NCBI GenBank assembly: GCA_002633005.1
Contig: NMRA01000528.1
Location: forward strand, 1 to 64,000
Reading direction: 5' to 3'
Origin: Phoronis australis
Lineage: Eukaryota > Animalia > Phoronida
Length of the DNA stretch: 64,000 nt
Below the pieces are notes generated by a model. The model did not search any database. It worked only from the letters and a program-made list of their open reading frames with translations, and was not told where the DNA came from. This document shows positions 52,640 to 64,000 of the stretch, one piece after another (the first letter of the stretch is position 1; each line of letters opens with the position of its first letter). The translations under genes were made by a program, and so were the position numbers.

Positions 52640-53100
52640 ATATTCAAAGAAATTTTTGTCAGAGAGCTCGATATCAGGTAGATATTGATCAGCAAAAATT
52701 GCATGAAATTTTGAATGATTCGATTAAGCTGGAAACAGAACTTTTAAGTTAAATATATGTTTTGAAAATTATTTAGATGTAATTGACAATGTATATGTTA
52801 GATGTGATATGGTAAGATTAAGATGTTCAACGCATGCACTAATGATTGAAAAGGGTAGACACTTGAAACTTAGCAGACCAGGAAGGTTATGCCCTCTCTG
52901 TGTTAGGACATATGTCAAGTCAGAATATCATTTTTATACCAAATGTCCATTCTACGAAAATAGGAAACGATATTTGCCTGCATGGAGCTACAATAATCCC
53001 AATGTTACAAAATTCAACAGTTCAACAGACTCATGACTATGGAGGAAAAAGATCTTATATGGTCAACATGTAAATATGTTCATTTGGCATTCAAGGGAAG
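52640..53100 (+). mobile_element. LINE ORF2 C-terminal relic (CCHC zinc knuckle)
   Basis: RLRCSTHALMIEKGRH...RLCPLC....EYHF...CPFY is a typical non-LTR retrotransposon C-terminus. Confidence 0.8.
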
Positions 53101-56100
53101 AGCTCAGTTTACTTTTAGAGCTGGACACTTACCTTTATTGTATTTGACACAAAAAGAGCGACTAAAGATTTTAATAAGTTGAATTCTACTAAGAATAAGT
53201 AGATGACATTGTAAACTATAACTTTTCAGCAAATACTTTTGAAATTGAAAAAGTCCAATGAATTTAGTTTAAATCTGTAGCAACTTCTTCGCATAATTTT
53301 AAAGCTGTCTTTGTAATATTTTATCATTTTAAAATTCTTAGGTGTGAGATATGTTTATCTTCTGCAAGTTTAGAGAGTACAAATATGACCTACGCTTACC
53401 TTTATTGGCTGAAAAATTGTTATTTCATGGGTATGATGGACGTTCGTGACAGACGCAATTTCTGACTTAACGAACAATCCCTGGAATCTAATATTTTGGT
53501 CAATACTATTCAGTAACCTTTTTGTGACGGACTTATGGCACCACCATATCCAGGAGTTGACCTTTGACCCCAAGTGGTCAATGAATGTACTTAAGTTGAA
53601 ATGTTATTTTTTATAAAGTTTGGGGCTCATGTGATTGCACAAATTTGATAGTATAACGAAATACGCATAATTAGGTTTATGAAAGTAATTAGCAACACAC
53701 ACACAAATCGAACTAATTTTTAGGGTCAAGTGACCTCCAAAAATGGGTCTATTTAGGCAAAAGATTGAAAGTTATAGGACAGTCAAATATGGGTCCTGAA
53801 ACTAGAGAGAATGGGCTTTCAGATGAGACCAGAAATGTAATAAGCACAACTTTAATTTTTTGTCTCGAGGTTGACCTTTCAAGGAATTGCCCTGAAGGAA
53901 AGATTTTATATTGTGAAAAGTGAAACAAACGTCATAAAGAGGCAAGCCACAAAGCAGAAGGTACATCACAATTATAAAACAGGTCATTCAAAGCTGCATT
54001 CAGCCAGTGTTAATGCTGAACTCTTGAAACCCCAGCACTTGGGGGATTAAAAACATCACAATGCTTATCTAATTTTAACCTAATGTCAAATGATATGACC
54101 ACTGAAATTACATGTACCTGATTAGCTATTTTCAAGTCTGCGTTTTCAAAGTTGGTCAACCCGAATAAACTCTTGAGGTTTTCTAAAGTAACTTTTTCAA
54201 TGTTCTTGTTGGTAATAGAAACAGAATCCTGCACCCGAAAGGAGAAGACCAATCTTATGAACATTGAAAGGCTCAATTCGATTTTAGATCTTAAGACAGT
54301 TAAGCAGGGCGAAATGCAGCTCTATAGTCACAGTACAAGCCAAAAAGCATTCAGACAAAATGACCCAGAATTCCCTGCCATGATGGCTGGGCAGAGGTCG
54401 AATTCACCATTAGGGTAGTCTTCCCTCACGACAAAGGGCTCTTTCTCAACAGTTAACTCTTATACTATTCAAGCTTCGATGTTGACAGCAAAGTTAAGCA
54501 TTTCCATAGACCTAATTCACGCAGCGGACATTAAAATCCAAAGCGAGGCTCACTGCCATAAACAAAGCTGAAGTTGACATTGCGTGAGTTAAATGGCCAG
54601 TCTTTTGAGTCCAACCTGGATATTAAATCTTAAAAATGTCTCAACAATTAACCTCAGAGACGTAGAAAAATACATTAGAGAACAAGTCAAAGTATCAAAA
54701 AGTTGTCTGACGAAAGGGTATAAGTTTTTTCGGAAAACTAGGTTGGAAACATGAAAAGTAGATATGACCAAACTACGGCGATCGTAGTGTTACGGATTAG
54801 GTATTATGCTGAATGCAAGGTTACGTTTCTTCTTGAAAATTGTTGATAAAAATGCTTTCTACAAGTCATCTGCTTGTATTGTTGAGGAGTTGAAGATATA
54901 TTCGACAGCGATGGCTTATAGCATTTTGCTGCCATCTGGAATTAGTCATATCTGGTTTAATTTGTTGATCAAGAATATTAACATAAGCATAGCCAAGGTC
55001 CTGGTGAAGTAGAGACTACCGGGACTAACAGCTGATTTGTCACTCATCTGAAAGAATATATTTCTATTAAAATAAAAAACCAGGCTCGTACATAAAAATT
55101 TATTTGACCATTTTTAAACTGAAAAAAATCAAAAACGAGCATAGCCCGACCAATCGCTTTCACATTATATGCATGCAGGTTCTCATTCACTCCATTGCAC
55201 ACATTTACAAGTAATTATTTGACCATCAATTCTGCTATCCTGGTTTTACTAATTCTGACATCTGTTTCTTATGTTAGGTTTCAACTATCAATCTGGATCA
55301 GTGAATTTTAAAATTAAGACACCTAATTCGTTCATCCAAAGAATAACCACATTTAAAAACTCAATTTCAGTTAACGGACCGAGTAAGAAAAGTTATCATG
55401 TTTCTTCAGGGGCCTCGTTCATCCGAGGGGAATTAGGTGCCGGTGCCTTCTGAGAGGGGATTTTTTTTTCGCCAATGCGGGGCAAAATGTACCAGTCCCG
55501 ATCAGCACCCCTGTCCTGTTGCAAGCTCTCACAGGCTCTGTCTTTGGTAACATTTTGTGCTCTTTCAAATTGTCATCTGTGTGGTTACAGATGATTTGAA
55601 CTTCGGAGAGAAGTTTTCAATCACTAGGGGAGTTTTTAAGCCTCGTGGAGGGAATTTCGGGGAATTTTTCAATACTTGTGAGAGGGGAATACGGCCAATA
55701 TCCGGTCCCAGAATTGAGCAACTGAAGGCCCTGGGAAGAAAAATGCATCATGTTTCAACCCCTAGTCATGAACACAGCATGGCTGGCCGAAGATTCTCCG
55801 GTAGTTGCTTTGATGCTCGGCAATGGAGATGCGACAAAATATGATCTAACTATTCGAAAACATTTATAAATTTTACACGACCATATTTTCCTTCATCACA
55901 GCATATGGCAAGGACCGAACGTACACTTCCGAATCTCAACGTCTTTAGGCATTGTAAAACAGACAGTTGAATGGTCGTATTTTTTCTAGCTGTTTCGAGC
56001 GACGCGGAGTACAACCAGTATGCCAATTAATAAGCCAACGAAGCTATCGTAGCGAGCTTGGTTTTGGAACGCGCCTCTTGTCGGCATGAATTGGGTCTAT

Positions 56101-58764
56101 TACCATCAGAGTCGGAGCTATTCGGATGACTTCGATGGAGTTATCACAAGGTGGCTCATAGTATCAGCTGATCTGAATAAAGGCAGATGGAGGAAACTCA
56201 TTTTGCGTAGTCTACGTTCAGAATCCAGCAAATACATGGATAAAATGAAACAGAGTACTTACACTGCCAAAATAATAAATAACAGAACAAAATATTATGA
56301 ACAAATATTGACAAGTCACGCCCACTGTTGGCAAACGCAAAGACCACTAGCTGTTATTTCCACCTCTTTGCTACGAGTAAATTTGCCTAGTAAAGTTCGA
56401 TCCAAGACTGAAGTAAGCGCTTCCACTGACCGAGAATTCCTTAACATCGAAGCTTCGGAGCCAGTGGAAAGGCCTGGCTTCAAGAATGAAGGGCAGCAAA
56501 CAGGACAGTTAGAAATTATTAGGTAAACTCTCCGTAATTTCGGAAAAAATAATCAACAAAAATGTCTGTTTTTCATTTTCTAGGGCTTTTTATAATGTTG
56601 CAAATGCCCACAATTATTACAACTTCATTTAACGATAGCTGTGGAACAAAACATGCCATATCGTTTAATGTTGTGCTGTATACGATATATTGAAAACATG
56701 ATAAAACAAAATTTCACTCGTCGGCCATATTGTATCCTAAATTGGCGAGATTTTGCCGTAAGTACTGTAGCCATGCTTGAAAATCACCAATTAAAAGAGA
56801 CTGAAGTAACAACGATATAAGACATGTTTACGATAATCTCTCACTACATTCTTAAGACAAAAAACTTGCCACTTTTTGTTTTCTCGTTTTTCAAATATTG
56901 TCCAGTGGTATGGTACAGAGCTTGAACACGGAAAAGAATTTTTTTATGTCAACCAAATTGCATGACATCTTACTGAAATAATAGTGAGAAAGTTGTTTCC
57001 TTGATAAAGACACAATTGTTTGACATACCAGTCTAGCATAACAGCAGATTTGACATTCATTCTTTTGAGCCCTCAAGAACGCAAACAACAAGGCCAAACA
57101 AAAAATCACAATTGGTTTTGGTCCAACCCAGAAAAAAATGAAACTAGCAACCTGAGGCAAGCAACAATGGCCCATTTCATCAGGTTCCAGGAAATACAGA
57201 ACAACGGAAGCACAAATATGCCACAGGCAAAAAATAATTCTGGTTTATCCTATAAGCTTCATAGTATGGCCATGAAATACGGGTCGTACTAAGAGGTTTG
57301 ATATGGAAGAACTACTTTTCCATAGTCAACATGTGTTGAATATGGATGCCTCATCTTTCTTACCAAAATTCCCTCGACAATACACTACAATTAGTAGAAA
57401 CACGATTATATATATATATATATATATACGGTATATAGCATCACTTTGGCTTCAGCTCCGTGCGCAATATTTTCACATGCCAATACTATCATATGAGTTC
57501 TGAAAACTAAACAAAAAAGTGAAGCAAAAATATTGTTGACAATGTTTCTTAATATATCGTGAAGTTTTGCACTTGAGTAGAACACTTAAATCACAAAAAG
57601 TCTCGAACTTGCCACAATATACTTGGGATTGCACATATACGTGTCACGCAGTCTGCGATCATCATTGACAAACGACACCAAAACAAGCGGAGCAATCTGT
57701 GTAAACTCGCTTCTTTAAAGAATCCTCAATGGGGCGCATAGGATAAATTTTGCCCTCGTTCAAATACTTTTGCATATCACGAATCGAGATATAATAACCA
57801 CAGGTACAAACACGTACATTGTATAACCTATACATAATTCCAGAAGTGGAAAGCATGTAAAATTTGACTTTTTAACAGTCTTCAATTGGGCAACGGAACC
57901 ATGCCCCTTAGATAAATTTAGCAAAAACAAAGTAAACTGATGACAAAACAATGATATCAATAACATGACCAAACCTTATTTTGAAATCTCACAAACATGT
58001 TACAGTTGCCTAAATTACCACTTCATTTTAGGTAACTTTTGATTTTTTTCATGGAAATCATGCAAGTCCTATTTCTGATAGGCCCTCGTGCAAAACTGGT
58101 GCACTTTAAAAACAATTCCCACAGGTGTATTGGAAAAAAGTGCATTTAAATTTTTCATATGAACCCAATGAGCCATTTCCGAGATAAGAAGTTCCAAATA
58201 CGCACCTCTTCTAAGGGTTCTACACAACCTTAAAAGGGAACTGTATTTTATTCTGAATAAATTTTGGATAGTTTTCCATGAATTGTTGATTAATTTCACA
58301 AATAATTCAACAACAACAATTGAAGTTATATTCTCTAACGAAGCTCAAAAAAATTACCGGCTTGGAGCGCTGCTTAGTCTTGTGACGTATTTGGCGGAGG
58401 CAGTCACTGTCCTGTGTTAGCGTGCAATCAAGTGGCGTTTTTCATATTATCGGAATAAGAAATTTTAGTGTGAAATGTCGGGTCACCAGGGATACCTGTT
58501 TGAGCTGAGGCAACACAAAGTGATGCCCAGTCATCGTCATCGTAAGACAAAAATTTGCCGGTGCAACCAATCTGTATCAACAATTTACACTGGTATGACT
58601 GTGCCGTGGGCAATGTGGACTCTTAAGCCATCCAGTCAGCCAGCTGTCAGCCAATACTCAGTGCTGTTAACTTGAAGGGTTGGTAAGTTACCGACTATAG
58701 CTGTATGAAGACTATCGTACCACTGTGTGATGAGTTCCGTTAAACCCCGAAATTTTACACAGCC

Positions 58765-58825
58765 GTTGACTACCCGGGTATAGTTGACTACCCGGGTATA
58801 GTTGACTTCCCAGGTATAGTTGACT
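58765..58825. repeat. 18-bp minisatellite (gttgactacccgggtata) x ~3.4
   Basis: Directly visible. Confidence 0.9.
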
Positions 58826-60129
58826 TATGCTCGTCACCTCCTCGTAAAACTTAGGCTACATCAACATATAAAGTTAACGGATCGGCGGGGGCGCATGCAA
58901 AATCTGGTAGTCACCCGACACTTCAAGTGTTCGTTGCAGCCGTTTAAGTGGAAAACAATCAAATAAACGTCATTTGGTAGCACAATTTGCCGCCTTTTTA
59001 ACAATGAAGTGTGTCGTCCGTTTCAAAAACAGCACGCTCGTGACACGGCGCACGCGCCATTTCCTAAAAATTTGAGACGTCTTTCGGGACAATGCTTCGC
59101 AGCACCAAGGTTGTTATAACATGTACGCAACCTAGGTACCGTCAGCGAAGAACACTTGACAAAAGAATCGGGGGGAAAAGAAACTGGTAAAGGTCAGTTG
59201 ATGTAATCGCAAAAAGCCCACTCAAGAGAACACATCACAATTTTAGCAGCAGCCGATGAATGATCGCTAACTTTTCCAACACCGGTAATTTAGTTTACTC
59301 TAGGAGCCTGGTTCCTATGTTTACTCAAGGATGAGATTAGTTTTAATGACATTAACTCAGCTTTTTGTCCATTTTTTACCCATATCGGCTCTTGAAAACC
59401 TGTTGGCCTATATTTAGTATTTAGCTTTGGGCCAAGGTTTGGGTAACCCCGCGATGGTATGCAATGACCATTCCTTTAGAAGACACCATTTTCGAAGAGT
59501 TTGAGCAAGCAGGTGCCATACAAAAAGGCATAGCGAACCTTTTACAGCACTGTGGCAAACAATAAAGAATAAGGACGATTGATACAATGATAAATTACGA
59601 TGTAATTACTCTTCAAAATATGACATAAGCAATGAGTTTGTAAAGCAGCCTAAACCCTGCCATTCACGTCGCTGACACATCAGCCAATCAGCGATCGCTT
59701 TCAGAATTCAGTGTTTTAACCATGAATACGAATCGGCTTTTGTTTGGCACGCAAGTCAGGCAAATATGAGTTTTATTTGTATGTTAGAACCGATTAACTG
59801 CAACATTATTTGGATTACAGTCCCCTTTTAAGCATATTGAATTTGGTAGTCACCAGTCTCGACTGGCTGGCAGATAATAGCCAAAATTGGAAATTTGTAA
59901 TGAAATCACAACAAACAACAAAATCAGTTGTTTTACAGATCTGGTCAAAAGAAAATAACCTAAAGACATCTATATCATCCAGCACTAACCACAAAAAGGG
60001 CTTCCTGGCTGTATAATTGACTGTGATCATTTCAAGAATTGTATCTATATGCTCTATTCTTTCTCGCATTTACTCATTAAAACTATGAAATTTTAATAGC
60101 ATATTTACATCTGTAATACAAGAAGCCAT

Positions 60130-60520
60130 ATGTATGTACTACGAAAAACAGATCAAGAAGCACCTAAATGATATATGCCAAACTCGGCAAGTCATCAAAA
60201 ACCTAAATTCTAAGTCATCCTCCATAAAAATTGCTGACCCGAATTCAACAACTATTTCAATAACTCTGGAAAGAATCTGGGGCACCAAATACCGAAAATT
60301 ATCTAGCCAACCCCCCTCCCCCCGTCTCTATCTTCATGTTTAATACTGTTGACAATGACAAAGTATTAAAAGATAAGGAAAAATCTAAAAGTCAAAATCT
60401 GCTACAGACAGTGACGGCCTATCATGTTCATTTATCAAAAAATACTGTAACTTCCTATGCATATCAATTCATAAGATTATAAACCAATCCCAACACACAG
60501 GTATTTTCCCAGATGGTTTG
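60130..60520 (+). mobile_element. Degenerate CR1/L2-type LINE ORF2 fragment (region before the RT)
   Basis: Frameshifted peptides YYEKQI..QVIKNL, KSKSATD.DGLS, IINQS..TGIFPDGL. Confidence 0.65.
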
Positions 60521-61545
60521 ATAAGATAGCTGATTCAGACACTCTCCAAAACACTGAGGTGTCGACCAGTTGGTGTCGACATTAACAGGAAAGACCTTAG
60601 ATTATGATTTTAATTTTAATATAGTTCTAAACAGGTCACACATTTTGCCAAATTCCATTTCATCAAGAAAAGCCTTTTTTCATGTCTTCGTTTAATGTTA
60701 TCACTGAATTTTAAGCGCTTAATATTAGTATATTGTGATTCAAAATTAAAAACATAAGACATAAATCTTTCAAAAGAGCCATATCGTTCAATACCGAGGC
60801 CACAGGTTATTCAACAGATAAAAATTTATAAATTTTATCAAGGAATATTACAGAAGCCATGATTTTATTCAACAATATAGTTAGAAAGTACCACGTCGGG
60901 ATAGACAACTATTCAGACTTATAGGCCACGTGATGTGACCAACATACGGCGTGCTTAGTTTCATGTTTTGGGCTGAATTCCCCAGTTGCTTTGCTCTTCT
61001 TAATGCAGTAATTTAGCATTCCTTATCGCACATGACAAAAAACGAACTGAATAATTTCTTCACCACGGAGACTCAGCACAGGCAATCTCATTGACTCTGG
61101 CCTTACCAATGAACATCACGAGAGTCTTTATGGTTATGTAGGACTCTACAAAAATGTCTAACTTTGGCCAACTTCGTAACATATTTCAGAAATGGCTGAT
61201 CGGATTCACACCCACTCATAGATACCATGCTTAACAACACCGTTTTCCAAAGTGATGAGAGGAATTGTTATTAAATCGCTCCACTTTGGCATGAGGGGCT
61301 ATCAAAGCTAGGACTTACCTGATTTTTATGCAAAATTTTGAAAAATGCTTAACACAAAAATGAAACGATAATTTAGAAAACTTTAAGCCAGTTTTAGAGA
61401 TTTAATCTTTAACATTGAAATAGTAAAAAATTTTGTCAAGTTACTGATCGTGTTGTTTTGCTAAGGATTTTTTTGCTAAATTTTATTAGCAGATACCAAA
61501 CCCGGTTATTCACTGGTACTAAAAACGACTTTGCACTTCTGGTCG

Positions 61546-62060
61546 NNNNNNNNNNNNNNNNNNNNNNNNNNNNNNNNNNNNNNNNNNNNNNNNNNNNNNN
61601 NNNNNNNNNNNNNNNNNNNNNNNNNNNNNNNNNNNNNNNNNNNNNNNNNNNNNNNNNNNNNNNNNNNNNNNNNNNNNNNNNNNNNNNNNNNNNNNNNNNN
61701 NNNNNNNNNNNNNNNNNNNNNNNNNNNNNNNNNNNNNNNNNNNNNNNNNNNNNNNNNNNNNNNNNNNNNNNNNNNNNNNNNNNNNNNNNNNNNNNNNNNN
61801 NNNNNNNNNNNNNNNNNNNNNNNNNNNNNNNNNNNNNNNNNNNNNNNNNNNNNNNNNNNNNNNNNNNNNNNNNNNNNNNNNNNNNNNNNNNNNNNNNNNN
61901 NNNNNNNNNNNNNNNNNNNNNNNNNNNNNNNNNNNNNNNNNNNNNNNNNNNNNNNNNNNNNNNNNNNNNNNNNNNNNNNNNNNNNNNNNNNNNNNNNNNN
62001 NNNNNNNNNNNNNNNNNNNNNNNNNNNNNNNNNNNNNNNNNNNNNNNNNNNNNNNNNNNN
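61546..62060. other. Assembly gap (N run)
   Basis: Run of n. Confidence 1.
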
Positions 62061-62240
62061 GGGGGGGGGGAGCAATAGCCCTCGTGTTATGTGTTGTCGT
62101 GGGTGTGTGAGTGCATGTGTGCATGAATGTATAATCCTCAGGGTGGTTGGCATGTTATGTAATAGGTCATTTAGTTTAACTGGTGCTGATCATGAGGGCC
62201 CACTCATTAGTTCCTTGCAAGTAGCATTATATCAGAGCAC

Positions 62241-62860
62241 ATAAAAATTGCGACTTTAAACTGTCAAGGTTTCAGTCACCATGAAAAACGAAGAGATGTT
62301 TTTAACTTTTTTAAACAAAAAATACTCAATTTATTGTCTGCAAGATACTCACTTCCTGCAGAAAAATGAGAAATTTATCAGGTCAACAAGGGGATACGAA
62401 TGTTTTTTTAGCTCACACAAGTCTAATTCCATGGGTGTGACAATTTTGTTGAATAATAATTTTAAATTCAAGGTTTTTACTAAAAAACAAGATGAAAATG
62501 GCAATATGCTATACTCAATATAGCTGTAAATGATAGAATTGTAACGATAGTAAATACTAATGGTCCAAATAGACGATCCAGATTTCTTTGAGCGAGTATC
62601 CCAATAGATTGTTGACTTTGCTAATCATCCGATTATTTGGACGGGTGATTTTAATTTAGTTTTAAATCAAGTAGTTGATACTCGCAATTATAGTCATGTA
62701 AAATCAAGAGATATGGTTTTGGAAATTTGTTTCGAATTTTCTCTCTTTGATGCATGGTGCGAGTTAAATCCTAGTAGAGCAGAATTTACGTGGTGATCTG
62801 GCATTAAGCGTTCCCGTCTAGATTTTTTTCTGATTTCTAAAGATTTACGGGTAGAGTTAG
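62241..62860 (+). mobile_element. L1/Tx1-clade LINE APE endonuclease relic
   Basis: Motifs IKIATLNCQG, IYCLQDTH, GVTILL, GPN, GDFNLVL and RLDFFLIS occur in order, with stops and frameshifts. Confidence 0.85.
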
Positions 62861-62890
62861 ATGAAGCCAACAACAATTGTTTTAAGTCGA

Positions 62891-62935
62891 CTTGACATGT
62901 TTCGGTGTCGTTTATTCAAACACCATCATCAGAAG
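62891..62935 (-). ncRNA. Minimal type I hammerhead ribozyme (Penelope-associated)
   Basis: Minus strand: ctt-CTGATGA-t-ggtgt(ttgaataaacg)acacc-GAAAC-at-GTC-aag. The core is intact, with a 5-bp stem II, palindromic acatgt stem III and short ctt/aag stem I. Confidence 0.8.
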
Positions 62936-62940
62936 AGAGA

Positions 62941-64000
62941 ATGCAGTGGCCACCTAGCTAGGCCCAGCAACAAGTAGTGAAGCACAGACTTCTCTGGGAG
63001 CGCAATCACAAAGATGGAAAAAGAAGCAAGAACTATACGCAGAGATAAGAACAAACTATTGGAGACACTAAATAAATCAATGACAACCATCGACGTGTGT
63101 GTCCTGAACCGACGTATTTCGCTTAATGTTGAAAAGGCAAGAAACAGAACCATCAAAGTGCATGAAAATAAGCTCAAGAAGCTGACCCGTAACACTGTAT
63201 TGCCTATCACTCCTGATGAGGTCATTAAAAATCTGTCTTCGGTTAGACTCACTGATGAACAAATGGATGTTCTGAAAAATGGATTATCTATGTCAATTTG
63301 TCCACCGACTATTAAGAAGTCTGATGTAGCTGTATGTTTTAAGCTTATACATGATGCTATGAAAGAAAAACTTATTGACCCTACTAAAGAGACTGAAGGC
63401 TGATTTAACAAGATTAGCGTCAACATATGTGTCGTACCACAGGCCATCCTGGAGTGATTTGAGAAAGTTTAAGGTGATCAAGGAACTACGAAGAAACAAA
63501 AACCTAGTGATAATTAGACCCGATAAGGGAAATGGTGCAGTGATTTTAGATCGTAATGATTATGTCAATTCTTCGAATGAAATTCTGAGTGGTGTATCGA
63601 AGTTTAGACGTGTCAAAGCAGATCGTGAACTAAACAAGGACAGCTGCAGAGGTTCTTATGCAAAATTAAGAATGATGCTCGTTTAGATACGGAAACATAC
63701 AACTATTTGTATCCACAAGGTTTGTAACCAGGTAGACTATATGGCTTACCAAAAATACACAGACAGAGGATTCCATTCCTCCAATTAGACCTATTGTGTC
63801 ATCTGTGAATACTTTTAATTATAATCTGCCAAGTACATATGTAAGCTACTCAAACCACATATAAGGATCACACAGCAGGTGATACATTCTCCTTTGTTTC
63901 TGAGGTTAGGGGTCGAGTTCTCAGGAATTGGTACATGGCTTCTTTTGATATTGCGAGTTTGTTTACTAACCTACCTGTGGACGAATGTACATCTTTGGCT
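62941..64000 (+). mobile_element. Penelope-like retroelement, degenerate RT ORF (runs off the right edge)
   Basis: Motifs NLSS..LT..Q..VLKNGL, IIRPDKGNGAVILDRNDY, PGRLYGLPKIH, IRPIVSS and MASFDIASLFTNLPV, with frameshifts and stops. Confidence 0.9.

Noticed and set aside
55405-55733. GC-richer coding-looking segment
   Set aside because: No recognisable product. It is bounded by cagg(g)gcct / aggccctg with ggggaatt repeats, so it is more likely a MITE.
56086-56526. 146-aa ORF
   Set aside because: No recognisable motif or supporting gene structure; within chance range for a 64-kb window.

Overview
This is a eukaryotic, AT-rich, repeat-dense window from an invertebrate-type draft assembly, with N gaps at 2715-3193 and 61546-62060 and a single N at 5032. 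It has two protein-coding genes, both on the minus strand. The first is a TRIM-NHL E3-ligase-like gene (RING, two B-boxes, coiled coil, NHL repeats; 10492-12453) whose CDS lies in one exon. A tandem, pseudogenised paralogue of it runs off the left edge (1-215). The second is the 3' part of the P5A-ATPase gene ATP13A1, in nine phase-consistent GT-AG exons from 36477 down to a stop at 22239; I could not recognise its upstream exons in the remaining ~27 kb. The rest is mostly mobile DNA: a frameshifted THAP/Kolobok-type transposase relic, several MITEs (four with 5-bp TSDs), two tRNA-derived SINE heads, LINE relics, and a Helentron/HINE-like element with a ~150/450-bp tandem array of CTCF-like motifs. 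At the right end, a Penelope-like retroelement carries an antisense minimal hammerhead ribozyme at its 5' end. I found no CRISPR, rRNA or intact tRNA genes, and no clearly new multi-gene system. All family calls come from reading motifs by eye; no database searches were run.
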